Positions 1 through 9,061 of a stretch of DNA of 64,000 nucleotides are shown in pieces. A model generated the notes under the pieces. The model worked only from the letters and a program-made list of their open reading frames with translations, had not been told where the DNA came from and searched no databases. The stretch spans positions 2,595,689-2,659,688 of the forward strand of contig OZ251997.1 in NCBI GenBank assembly GCA_965247095.1, written 5' to 3'. The DNA is from Candidatus Multivorans sp. Its GTDB lineage: Bacteria > Acidobacteriota > Thermoanaerobaculia > Multivoradales > Multivoraceae. Numbering within the stretch: the stretch's first letter is position 1; each line of letters begins with the position of its first letter. Position numbers and translations under genes: made by a program.

Positions 1-184
1 CGAACCCGCCCGAAAACAGGCCGGGCCGGCCGGTCAGTACGACGGCTCTGGCATCGTCTGCGGCACGGTCGAGCATGGCATTGACGGCAGCGATCATGGG
101 CGGTCCGAAGACGTTGGCCTTGCCGTCGTCCAGGGTGACCAGGGCCACGTCGCCAACCTGCTCGTAGGTGGTCGGTTCAATCAT
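1..184 (-). CDS. enoyl-CoA hydratase/isomerase (crotonase) family protein, N-terminal part; gene continues beyond window start
   Basis: Reverse-strand translation from ATG ~184 gives MIEPTTYEQVGDVALVTLDDGKANVFGPPMIAAVNAMLDRAADDARAVVLTGRPGLFSGGF, a typical crotonase N-terminus; no stop before window edge. Confidence 0.7.
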   Translation of the reverse strand, partial: MIEPTTYEQVGDVALVTLDDGKANVFGPPMIAAVNAMLDRAADDARAVVLTGRPGLFSGGF

Positions 185-230
185 GAATCAGCTCCCTTGG
201 TGTCTGCCCCTCGGGTCAGGGGCGCTTCAT

Positions 231-1400
231 TCAGTTTGCCACCTTGATCTCGCGGATCTTCTTGAGCGGGACCGCGGTGATCTTCTCCGTCAGCCGGTAC
301 TCGAGGTCGCCCGGGTAGACCACCCACAGATGATCGAGACCGAGGTCCTTGCTGACCGTGTGCATCGACTTGGTCGTCCGGGGGGCATCCGCGCACTTGA
401 ACTCGAATCCCCAGCGCCTGCCGCCGCGGAGCAGCATGAGGTCCAGTTCCGCGCCCCGTTGGGTGCCCCAGAAGCATGCCTGGCGCGCACCGAACGCGAT
501 CAGGGTCTGTTCCAGGGCGAAGCCCTCCCAGCTTGGACCGTAGACGGGGTGGCGGACGAGGTCGTCCATCGATTCCAGCCCCAGCAGGTGGTGGAGAATG
601 CCGGAATCGCGGAGGTACACCTTGGGCGCCTTGACGACGCGTTTGCCGACGTTCTCGAACCATGGTTGGAGCACCCGGATCATGAACGTCCCGGCCAGCA
701 GGTCGCGGTAGTGGTTCACCGCGTTGACGCTGACACCCATCGAGCGGCTGAGCGCCGACGCGTTCCAGGTCTGCGAGTGGGCGTGCGCCAGCATGGTCCA
801 GAAGCGGCCTAGCGCCTCCGGCGACACCCTCGACCCGAGTCCCGGCACATCGCGCTCCAGGAACGTGCGCGCGAACGACTCCATCCACAACATGCAGGCG
901 GCATCCGACTCCGCCAGGTAGGCCAGTGGGAAGCCGCCGCGCATCCAGAGCCGGTCCTGGTTCTCCGCTCCCACCTCGTCGAGTGAGAAGCCGCTCACGT
1001 CGGCGAACGAGATGCGCCCAGCCAGGGTCTCGGAAACGCCGCGGATCAGGTCCCAGGAGGCGCTGCCCAGGAGCAGGAAGACGGCTTTCCGCGCAGGGTC
1101 GTCGCAGATCGGACGGAGAATCTCGAACAACTCGGGTACGCGCTGAACCTCGTCGATCACGATCAGCCCCTCGCCGCTTCGAAGGAGCCGCTCCGGAGTC
1201 GCGCGGAACGCCTCGCGAACCGCAGCCACCTCCAGGTCGTAGACCGTGGAGGGTCCCGTCCACGCCGCCACGATCTGTTGGGCGAGCGTCGTCTTGCCCA
1301 CCTGCCGAGCCCCCAGGAGAGCGGTGACCGGTGACTGGGAGAGTCTCCAGAGTGTGGCGTCGAGCAGGCGCTGTCGGGCGGTAGATTGTCGCATATTCAC
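231..1400 (-). CDS. AAA+ ATPase with DUF4143 C-terminal domain (COG1373-like ATP-binding protein)
   Basis: 389-aa ORF; Walker A GARQVGKTT, Walker B LIVIDEVQ, typical DUF4143 C-terminal region; 100 nt downstream of, and co-directional with, the GHKL ATPase gene. Confidence 0.8.
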   Translation of the reverse strand: MNMRQSTARQRLLDATLWRLSQSPVTALLGARQVGKTTLAQQIVAAWTGPSTVYDLEVAAVREAFRATPERLLRSGEGLIVIDEVQRVPELFEILRPICDDPARKAVFLLLGSASWDLIRGVSETLAGRISFADVSGFSLDEVGAENQDRLWMRGGFPLAYLAESDAACMLWMESFARTFLERDVPGLGSRVSPEALGRFWTMLAHAHSQTWNASALSRSMGVSVNAVNHYRDLLAGTFMIRVLQPWFENVGKRVVKAPKVYLRDSGILHHLLGLESMDDLVRHPVYGPSWEGFALEQTLIAFGARQACFWGTQRGAELDLMLLRGGRRWGFEFKCADAPRTTKSMHTVSKDLGLDHLWVVYPGDLEYRLTEKITAVPLKKIREIKVAN

Positions 1401-1500
1401 CCTCAGAGGTGAGGTTTACGACAATAAACCGAGTTGGCGGGCTTGTCCAGCGGTGCTCAGGCGGGTGCTTCGGCCTCGTGGAACTCCTTCGCCTTGGGAC

Positions 1501-2952
1501 CTATGTGCGCTTGAGGACCTTCTCGATGATCTCTCTAGCGGCCCGGCGTGACTCGGCAGACTCCGCGATGGCTTGGAACACCTTCCGATACGTGGCAACG
1601 TCCTCGGTTCTGACGTTCGTCAGCCGCGGGCGGCCACGCTGTGCCCGGAAGTGGGTGAGCCTGCGCTCGATGCTCTCTGCTCGGTCGAGCAAGCCCGCAT
1701 CCCACCCGTCTGTTGTGCGAAGTACGTCTCGAATCCGACCTAGCCGAGTAAGGTCGTGTTCAATCAACCGGCGAGCTACTTCGGCAGTCAGGTACCCAGA
1801 TCGCGCAAGCTCGTACGTCTCCTCCGAGTCCGCAATTGCCGCTGCGAACCTGCGCTCGCGCGTTCTCGTTGCTGAGGTGTTTCTGCAGCGCTCCGCCAGT
1901 CGGCGGAAGATCGCTCCCAGGTGGTTCTCCAGATTTCTCGTGTGGGGTCCGGGCTCGAAGTAGTCTCGCCGGCCGTTCGGGACGATCCTGGGGTCCAGAA
2001 TGTGTATCTCCCCTACGGCCCACCTATTGAGGCGGTCCTCCTTGAACATATGGTCGAAGACGCCTTCGCCGCCGACTTGGATGTTCCCGCATCGCGCTCT
2101 GAGTCCTCTGATACCCGCGCTCTTGGGGATTGCTCCGAGGTAAGACGTGTGGGCAAGCCACCCCGCTGCCGCTCGCTCGCGGCTGTCGATCTTGGGCACG
2201 TCGAACACTTCGAGGGCGCTGAAGGCGTCGCTTCGGCCGGCAGAGAACTCAATGCCCTCGGCATGGGGCCTGGTAACGGCATCGTCGCCGTCGATGGAGA
2301 CGTTCATCGCGTACAGCGCATCTCCAACATACTCTTCGACCATCTCGCGGAAGGGAAAGGCGGTTGAGAGAGGCACTGGACAGACCTCCGCGACGTAGCT
2401 GTGAACCCTCTGCCGGTTCAGGACAGAGCCAGCCGCGTAGCGGGCGACGCCACGGACCTCTACTTCGAAGTACTGGTCGGGCTCTTCGTCGGCATCCAGT
2501 TGTTCCACAGTGACGAAGTCACCTATTCGCTGTTCCGTGTCGGCTAGGTCGTGGTTCCTCAGACGGAGGGCGTCCCAAGTGACGCGGACAGGAGGCTGGT
2601 CCGCGCTGGCCCTGGTGGTGAAAGCGACTGCCTCTGCGAAAGCCAGACCAGCCAGGCGACCGATTCCGCGAAATCCCCTATTGCTGGCGGCGCGCTTGGT
2701 GCTTTGGCCGACCGGAATCAACGAGTCGACGGCTTCCTGGAACGTCAGGCCGGGGCCGTAGTCCCGGATGCGGATCTGGGCCTGCCGAGGGTCGAGGTGA
2801 ATCTCGACTCGGCCGGATCCTGGACTTCCTGTAGTCGCGTCCGCTGCGTTCTGGAGATACTCGCGGTAGAGCGTCAGCGGATCGTCGTACATCCCCGACG
2901 TGACCAGCCGAAGAAGGCTGTGGCCGAGCGCTGGTTCGTTGGAGCTGCTCAT
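1501..2952 (-). CDS. GHKL (Bergerat-fold, MORC/Hsp90-like) ATPase, candidate defence-cassette component
   Basis: 483-aa ORF; N-box LYREYLQNAADA, G1 IRDYGPGLTF (DxGxG), G2 GFRGIGRLAGLAFA (GxxGxG); possible RBS GGGGAGAG before ATG; no histidine-kinase DHp domain, MORC-like. Confidence 0.75.
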   Translation of the reverse strand: MSSSNEPALGHSLLRLVTSGMYDDPLTLYREYLQNAADATTGSPGSGRVEIHLDPRQAQIRIRDYGPGLTFQEAVDSLIPVGQSTKRAASNRGFRGIGRLAGLAFAEAVAFTTRASADQPPVRVTWDALRLRNHDLADTEQRIGDFVTVEQLDADEEPDQYFEVEVRGVARYAAGSVLNRQRVHSYVAEVCPVPLSTAFPFREMVEEYVGDALYAMNVSIDGDDAVTRPHAEGIEFSAGRSDAFSALEVFDVPKIDSRERAAAGWLAHTSYLGAIPKSAGIRGLRARCGNIQVGGEGVFDHMFKEDRLNRWAVGEIHILDPRIVPNGRRDYFEPGPHTRNLENHLGAIFRRLAERCRNTSATRTRERRFAAAIADSEETYELARSGYLTAEVARRLIEHDLTRLGRIRDVLRTTDGWDAGLLDRAESIERRLTHFRAQRGRPRLTNVRTEDVATYRKVFQAIAESAESRRAAREIIEKVLKRT

Positions 2953-3061
2953 GCTCTCCCCACTTGGAGACGGCCGTTCAGGTGATGGCTAGGCCGCCGT
3001 TGAAGGGCTAGCCGTTGTACCACAAGCAACGGGCCAGTAGCTGGCAGAGATCGCTTGGAGG

Positions 3062-4702
3062 CTAGCTCGCAGCCAGGACCTTCGTCGCCCGTGAGCGGGT
3101 GGCGGCGAGCGCCTCCTCGTGGCTGAACAGACCGGCGTCCTCCACGAACTCCTCTTCGCTGGGCATGGCCGGATCGGGATTGAGGGACGGGAACAACGGC
3201 AGTACCCGGTCCCGGACAGTCCCGGGAGCATCCTTCGTGTTGAGCGCATGGAAGCGGAGGAGCTGTCGAGTGGTGGCGTCGCGGGCTCGGTCGTTACTGG
3301 CGCGCTGACACAGGGCCCGTAGCTCGCCGTCCCCTCTAGCCTGAGCGAGGAAGGCGATGAACTCCCTTCTCTCCGACTCGGACAGTCGGGCTCGCAGCGT
3401 GTCGTACTCGTCCCGTGCTCCGGACTGCTCGTACTGCTCTCGGTGGAAGATGAGCGCGTGGGGCAACTCCAGTAGCTGCAAGAACTCCTCCTGGTCCCTT
3501 CCATAGGCGCGCTCGAAGAAGCTCGGGTTGCCGCTGACTACGCCACGGGTGGCCTGCAGCATGATCTGGAAGGACCGCAGGTAGTAGCGGTTCCAGCGCC
3601 TTCCCACGTGTGAGCGGTCCTTCAGCGTCACCGGTTGGTAGCGCATCGGGAACGACCAGATGCGAACGCCGAGCTCTTCGTTCAGGCCGATGTTCAGGCG
3701 CATCCGCTCGTACAGGTCCTCCGGGGAGTCCATGAAGTTGTACAGCATGTAGTTCGACAGCGACGTGATGCCGTTGTCAGCCGCCATCCTCACCGCGGTG
3801 GTGTAGATCTTTCGTAGTCCGATGTGGTCGAAGGCGATCCGGAGGGGGCTGATGCAGATAGTGGCCATCTCGCGCAGGTACATTGGGGACTTGACGAGAA
3901 TCCTTGCGTCCACACCCTGGTTGAAGTCGACGCGGCGCTTCACCGGCCGCTGATCGTTCCGCCTCAGCTTGGCTCCCTGCTCGAAACCGAGGTCGCGAAT
4001 CTCGGCGATGACCTCCTTGTACCGGGCGGACGCAGTGATGTTGTTGTCCATGAGCACGAGGTCCTTCTTGGGCCCGTGTCTCGCGTCTACCCCGTTGACG
4101 AGGGCGGCGAGGGGCGGCATTTCGCGCTGCGCACCCTCAAGTTTCGGGACGCCGCAGAAGGAGCACTTCCGTATGCAGCCCCTTGAGGCATAGCCGAAGT
4201 AGGCGTCCCGCACCGGATAGGTGTAGTCGAGCTGCTCCAGGATGGAGTAGTCCGGCACCATCTCCTCGATTGGAGGGCCGTCAAGGTCGTCCGCACCGAA
4301 CTCGAAGTCCTCCGCGCGAAGCTGAAGGGCTCTTGCCGGCGGGCCGTCCAGCAGTCCCGCGATGAAGCGGACCCCCGCCCACCGTGGCTCCTTGAGGAAC
4401 TCCTCGTGCATGAGCGAGGCAGCGATTCCGCCGACGAAGACCCGTTCGGGCTGGTTACCAGCCGATTGAATGGCGAAGTCGATGGTTTCGGCGGTGCGCT
4501 TCCACTCGAAGCTGAAGAGCGTCGTGACGTAGACGCGGTCCCACGGCTCCAGGAAGAGGCCCTTTTCCGACACACCTTTCGCGAGCGTCACCGCGTCGCC
4601 ACGCTGCCGGTGGTAAGCCGCGATCTTCATGAGCCCGAGAGGCGGGTACTTGTTGCGGTAGCCCGGCTCCAGGAGAAGCACGCGCTTCGTCGGCTCCGTC
4701 AT
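3062..4702 (-). CDS. radical SAM enzyme with N-terminal cobalamin-binding-like domain (class B rSAM-like)
   Basis: 546-aa ORF; CX3CX2C motif in YASRGCIRKCSFCGVP; N-terminal Rossmann-like RVLLLEPGYRNKYPPLGLMKIAAYHRQRGDAV typical of B12-binding rSAM enzymes; start overlaps stop of upstream small ORF (ATGA). Confidence 0.8.
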   Translation of the reverse strand: MTEPTKRVLLLEPGYRNKYPPLGLMKIAAYHRQRGDAVTLAKGVSEKGLFLEPWDRVYVTTLFSFEWKRTAETIDFAIQSAGNQPERVFVGGIAASLMHEEFLKEPRWAGVRFIAGLLDGPPARALQLRAEDFEFGADDLDGPPIEEMVPDYSILEQLDYTYPVRDAYFGYASRGCIRKCSFCGVPKLEGAQREMPPLAALVNGVDARHGPKKDLVLMDNNITASARYKEVIAEIRDLGFEQGAKLRRNDQRPVKRRVDFNQGVDARILVKSPMYLREMATICISPLRIAFDHIGLRKIYTTAVRMAADNGITSLSNYMLYNFMDSPEDLYERMRLNIGLNEELGVRIWSFPMRYQPVTLKDRSHVGRRWNRYYLRSFQIMLQATRGVVSGNPSFFERAYGRDQEEFLQLLELPHALIFHREQYEQSGARDEYDTLRARLSESERREFIAFLAQARGDGELRALCQRASNDRARDATTRQLLRFHALNTKDAPGTVRDRVLPLFPSLNPDPAMPSEEEFVEDAGLFSHEEALAATRSRATKVLAAS

Positions 4703-4899
4703 TTGGCCAGCATCCGGGTCGCGACCTTGCGACTCTTCCCGAACTCGAAGTCCACCATCTTCCTCGTTACCGGGTCATTCTGCAGTCGTCGGACAGCGTG
4801 ACCCTGCTCCTGCCACGCGAGGCTGATGCCGAAACCGCTCGAGACGCGCGTTAGCATATCAATGGTGCGCCGCTGGCCTCTCTCGCTCAAGCGCGTCAT
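4699..4899 (-). CDS. small hypothetical protein (66 aa) translationally coupled to the radical SAM gene
   Basis: ORF MTRLSERGQRRTIDMLTRVSSGFGISLAWQEQGHAVRRLQNDPVTRKMVDFEFGKSRKVATRMLAK; stop overlaps rSAM ATG by 4 nt; weak RBS; lies in the AT-richer island. Confidence 0.3.
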   Translation of the reverse strand: MTRLSERGQRRTIDMLTRVSSGFGISLAWQEQGHAVRRLQNDPVTRKMVDFEFGKSRKVATRMLAK

Positions 4900-5032
4900 G
4901 GGCCGGTCTGTCTCGCTCCTCGCCGCGCCAGCGAAGACCGGGCCGCGAGGCCAACTCCAAGATGGTCGAGCTTGTGAGTATTGTCGCATCCAGCTTCGAC
5001 CTCTGCCTCTCGCTTGTGGGACACCAGTCCTA

Positions 5033-7363
5033 CTAAACCGCCTGAGATTCAGCGATATCTTCCGGAAAGTACTTCTCGACCTTCTCAACATACTGGTTGA
5101 CGAAGGCGACCTGGTCCGGGGTCAGGACACCGCGCTCAGGGTGCGCCACGATGTTGCGAATATCGTTGAGTTTCTTGATCCATTGCGTGTTTGCCTTCAT
5201 GTTGTCCCTGTTACTCGCGTCCAGCGATATCACTTCTTTGAATAGCTGCCAATTGCGGTGACATATGTCGATATAGTTTATCAGAAAGAGTTGAGATTCT
5301 TCATTGCCCTCACGTCGCCGCTCTTCCCACCGGGCCATGCATTGCTGGCGGATCGTGAGCGGGATTCCTTCCGTCCACCACTCTGTGCCCTGCGCGCCAT
5401 AGTGTCCCTTCAACGCCACGATGACGTAGTCAAAGAGCCTACGCTGTATCTTTCGCACCTTGGCGCTCGCTTCTTCTGTACCCGCTTCATCGCGGGAATC
5501 CAAGTACTGCTGCAGCCCTGGCGGCCTGAAGCTGGGGATCGTCTGGCCAATATGCGCCTCCAAACCGTAGGCCTGCCGCCGCACGGCTGTCAGGGAAGAG
5601 CCAATGCGCCTAAAGGACTGGATCTCTTGCGGTGATGCGTTCTTCAAGTAGCCGACCAAGACCTGAAGATACGGCCGGATTTCCCCGAAGGTCTCTTCTG
5701 CATTGAAGAGACTGAGGTCCACGCCGTCCGTGCGACGGACATGGTCAGCAATATCTTCAATAACGTGAAACAGAGCCCGAATGCCGTTGTTGGTACACAG
5801 ATATCCACCGGCTCGGTCGCCGAGCTCCCAGTGGCTCGCGAGCCCCGCCGCGAACATGTTGAGGCACTCCGAGAGCACCCATAGGGCCTTCCTGAGGTTC
5901 GCGTTGTAGTCGTCGGTTCTGGCCGTAGACAGGGGGCCCGGCACAACCGCACCTCTAGCGAAGGCTCCCAACAGCTTGGCAACTCTGAGCCCGTCCCGCA
6001 CCGAAGTCTGTGTCAGGCAGCGATAGTGGCTCTTCCTCTTTCCGGTGACGACCAGGCGGTCATGGAGCGGCGAGGTGCTGTCGCGGTTGAGGCGGGAGGC
6101 GATACGCGAGAGTAGGGCCTGAAACGCTTCTTCACGGTCGGAAGAGCCCCAATGAAGGTCAGCGTAAAGCTCGACCAAGAGTCCTGTGCTCACCTTGACC
6201 TGCTTGCTGTTGATATCGATGAAGAGGTTCATCTCCTCCTCGGAAGGTAGGTTTTCATAGGCCAGCACGGACAGGACGGTTGAATCCTTGTTGAATCCCT
6301 CTTGTGCTCGCGCATAGGCGTAGCCATAGAGCCTATGCTGGCCGTCGATGATCCAGGCCGAGGCGTAGTTCGGTGGCAGATAGAGTGTGCCCCAGGCCTC
6401 GTCACCGTAGGTCTGCTTCGCATCGAAACGCATCCGAGTTTTCTTGCGGTTCTTCAAGTTGACAACGATATTTGTCGGAAACCTGCCGCCGCCATTGATG
6501 TATTGTGCGATCTTCTTCAGCCGGCGCGGCTGGAGCATGCGCTGGTATGTTTCCAAATTGTCGATGTCCCGGCTTGCCTTGTGGCCAACATAGGCGATCT
6601 TCAAGAGCTCGCCAGGGCTGATGAGGAAAGTGTAGAACGTCTCGCCGCCCATCCTGCCGCGGGTCGCTACGACTTGTCGGACTAGGCCGGGGATCTTCTG
6701 GCCGCCGAACATGTGCCCCAAGAACTGGTAGCGGGCCGCGCGTTTGAGGTGCTTCACGAGCTTCGCATAGTAGTCGAGTTCCCCGTCCGTGACGACCGCA
6801 ATCTCCGCCTTCTCGCACTTCGCAAGGTCCGCATCGCTCCATGAGACATTTCGTGTGGCGATGATAAATCTGACTTTGAGCCCCGACTGCCGGCCGTAGG
6901 CCTTGCGGACCGACTTGAGCAAGTTGCCCCGGATTGCCGTGATGTTCTCGATCAGCGGCGCCATGCGCTTCGTGCCCGGGGTGCCACGCTGCGTGCACTC
7001 GACGATGATGACGGTTTCGTCGTCCTTGGCGAACACATCGATCTGACGTCCTGGCGGGCCATCTTCGACGGCGATCGTGAACTTGCGGCCTTTGTTCATT
7101 TCATCGAAGCCCATCTGAGCTAGGATGCACCAAACTTCGTCCTCAAGCTGCTCGTCAGCAGGCTTCTCCTGGGCCATTCGCGTTGACTTGGCGTTCTTTC
7201 TGACCGTCCGCCAACCGTTAGCTGCTTCCAGCTTGACCTTTTGAGCGACAAGCTCCTTCGACGAACCCGAGACAGTCTTATAGATATCCGGCTTTTTCCG
7301 GCTCCTGAGCTCGGATGTGATCTCATCGCCGGATAAGAGGGGGTCTAGGTATTGGTCGGTCAT
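5033..7363 (-). CDS. DGQHR-domain (DndB/ParB-like) protein with C-terminal HEPN-like domain; candidate restriction/effector component
   Basis: 776-aa ORF; exact DGQHR motif in AWIIDGQHRLYGYAY (~aa 335); C-terminal NDIRNIVAHPERG carries the HEPN Rx4H signature; N-terminal ~170 aa has D..E-x-(K/Q)-like residues (IDVFAKDDETVIIVECTQ), possibly nuclease-like; clearly lower GC than surrounding genes. Confidence 0.85.
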   Translation of the reverse strand: MTDQYLDPLLSGDEITSELRSRKKPDIYKTVSGSSKELVAQKVKLEAANGWRTVRKNAKSTRMAQEKPADEQLEDEVWCILAQMGFDEMNKGRKFTIAVEDGPPGRQIDVFAKDDETVIIVECTQRGTPGTKRMAPLIENITAIRGNLLKSVRKAYGRQSGLKVRFIIATRNVSWSDADLAKCEKAEIAVVTDGELDYYAKLVKHLKRAARYQFLGHMFGGQKIPGLVRQVVATRGRMGGETFYTFLISPGELLKIAYVGHKASRDIDNLETYQRMLQPRRLKKIAQYINGGGRFPTNIVVNLKNRKKTRMRFDAKQTYGDEAWGTLYLPPNYASAWIIDGQHRLYGYAYARAQEGFNKDSTVLSVLAYENLPSEEEMNLFIDINSKQVKVSTGLLVELYADLHWGSSDREEAFQALLSRIASRLNRDSTSPLHDRLVVTGKRKSHYRCLTQTSVRDGLRVAKLLGAFARGAVVPGPLSTARTDDYNANLRKALWVLSECLNMFAAGLASHWELGDRAGGYLCTNNGIRALFHVIEDIADHVRRTDGVDLSLFNAEETFGEIRPYLQVLVGYLKNASPQEIQSFRRIGSSLTAVRRQAYGLEAHIGQTIPSFRPPGLQQYLDSRDEAGTEEASAKVRKIQRRLFDYVIVALKGHYGAQGTEWWTEGIPLTIRQQCMARWEERRREGNEESQLFLINYIDICHRNWQLFKEVISLDASNRDNMKANTQWIKKLNDIRNIVAHPERGVLTPDQVAFVNQYVEKVEKYFPEDIAESQAV

Positions 7364-7577
7364 GCCGCTGCTCCCTGGTGAGTCGACTATCTCGCATCAT
7401 GTCGCTGGAGGCGACATTCGTGGACCTGTGCCTCAGGGTGTTCCGCGGACGCAGTACCGGAAGGCGAAGGAAGGGCGTTGAAGCTGGACGTGAGTTTCGG
7501 GAGGCTAGCACTTCGGTTGCTGGGAGTCAGATCGGCCCGGAACCTGTCAACGACATTGACACAGCGGGGTTCTGGAT

Positions 7578-8630
7578 TTACTGAGTCGTCTCTGCAGTCT
7601 CGTTGTCGGGCTTGTTGATCCAGACGGCCTGGGGCAGTGGCGTATGCATCGGTTGGCCGCCGACGAATCGTTCGGGGGAGCTTTCCCAGGCGGCGCTCAG
7701 CGTGCGTTGGCGCTGCTCGATCACGGCTTGCGCCCGGCCGTAGTGGACGGTCTCGGGGGTCAGCATGGCGATGCCGGCATGGCGGTGTTCCGTGTTGTAC
7801 CAGGGGAAGAAGGACCTGCAGTAGTCGGTCGCGGCGTCCTGGTTGGGGAAGCGGCTGGGGAAGTCGGGGTGGTACTTGAGGGTCTTGAACTGTGCTTCGG
7901 AGTAGGGGTTGTCGTCGCTGACCCGCGGGCGGCCCAGGGACCGGTTCACGCCGAGGCGGGCGAGCAGTTGGGCGGTACCCTGGCTGGTCATGGGGGCGCC
8001 TCGATCGGAATGCAGGGTCAGGACATGGGGCTTGACGCCGTGCTTGAGGCAGGTCTCCTCGATGAGCCTTTGGGCGAGCGCGGAGTTCTCGCGGTCGGCG
8101 ACCATCCAGCCGACCGCGTAGCGGCTTAGGAGGTCAAGCAGGACGTAGAGGTAGTAGTAGGTCCAGGTCTGCGGTCCGAGCAGCCTGGTGATGTCCCACG
8201 ACCAGACCTGGTTGGGCGCGACAGCGACCAGCTCCGGCTTGGCGTACGACGGATGGACGCGCTGGTTGCGGCGGTCCCTCACGGGGTGGTTCGCTTCGAG
8301 GATGCGGTACATCGTGCGCTCCGAGCACAGGTAGCGGCCCTCGTCGAGCAGGGTGGCCACCACTTCTCCCGGCGAACGATCGACGAAACGCGGCGACGCA
8401 AGCGTGGCCTCGACCCGTTTCCGCTCGATCTGGCTCAGTGCCCGGGCAGGCGTGGGGCGGGGCTGCCGTCGCCCGGGAGCGGGCCTCGCACGACGATAGA
8501 AGGTCGATCGCGATACGCCCAGCGCCCGGCACGCCGGCGCGACGCCGACCTGCCGGGCCAGGGACCTTGCCGCCATCAGCAGTCCTTCCCGTCTTCGAGG
8601 CTGAATCCCAGCAGCCCTGCAACTTTTCCC
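7578..8630 (-). CDS. IS3-family transposase OrfB (DDE integrase core), expressed by -1 frameshift from OrfA
   Basis: rve-type region WSWDITRL…TWTYYYLYVLLDLLSRYAVGW…HSDRGAPMTS…PRVSDDNPYSEAQFKTLKYH; the ORF-track frame extends upstream to 8867 only through overlap with orfA. Confidence 0.8.
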   Translation of the reverse strand, partial: GKSCRAAGIQPRRREGLLMAARSLARQVGVAPACRALGVSRSTFYRRARPAPGRRQPRPTPARALSQIERKRVEATLASPRFVDRSPGEVVATLLDEGRYLCSERTMYRILEANHPVRDRRNQRVHPSYAKPELVAVAPNQVWSWDITRLLGPQTWTYYYLYVLLDLLSRYAVGWMVADRENSALAQRLIEETCLKHGVKPHVLTLHSDRGAPMTSQGTAQLLARLGVNRSLGRPRVSDDNPYSEAQFKTLKYHPDFPSRFPNQDAATDYCRSFFPWYNTEHRHAGIAMLTPETVHYGRAQAVIEQRQRTLSAAWESSPERFVGGQPMHTPLPQAVWINKPDNETAETTQ

Positions 8631-9061
8631 TGGACGTCCAGGATCGTGTGCGCGGCGGCGACTTCCCTCTCGAGACGCTTGACCTTCGCTTCCAGCCGCT
8701 TCACCTTCGGCATCAGAGGGTTGGCCTCGTTCGGCTTGCGGCCCCGCTTCTTCGGCCTCAGACCGGAAAGCGCGCCCTCGCGCCGCGCCTTGCGCCAGTT
8801 GGCCAGATGGGAGCTGTACAGACCCTCTCGCCGCAGCAGCCGACCCACCTCGCCGCGGTGGGTGCATCGGTCCGCTTCCTCCAGAATCCGCAGCCGGTAC
8901 TCCGCCGTGAACTGCCGCCTGGTCGGTCTCGCCAGCACTTCCGGGTCGGGAACCGCCCCGGCGGGCGCCGCGCCGGCCGCGGGGGCCTCGTCGCTACGCT
9001 CCTCAACCCCCGCGGCCGGGAGCTCCGAGCCGCCGCCAAACCTCTGCTCTCGTCTTGACAT
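8576..9061 (-). CDS. IS3-family transposase OrfA
   Basis: MSRREQRFGGG…RQFTAEYRLRILEEA…LANWRKARREG… typical IS3 OrfA with HTH and leucine-zipper region. Confidence 0.8.
   Translation of the reverse strand: MSRREQRFGGGSELPAAGVEERSDEAPAAGAAPAGAVPDPEVLARPTRRQFTAEYRLRILEEADRCTHRGEVGRLLRREGLYSSHLANWRKARREGALSGLRPKKRGRKPNEANPLMPKVKRLEAKVKRLEREVAAAHTILDVQGKVAGLLGFSLEDGKDC

Noticed and set aside
168-1263. ORFs 168..812 (+) and 181..1263 (-) overlapping the DUF4143 ATPase gene
   Set aside because: Arg/Gly/Pro-rich translations typical of alternative frames in high-GC DNA; the 231..1400 frame has the clear Walker motifs
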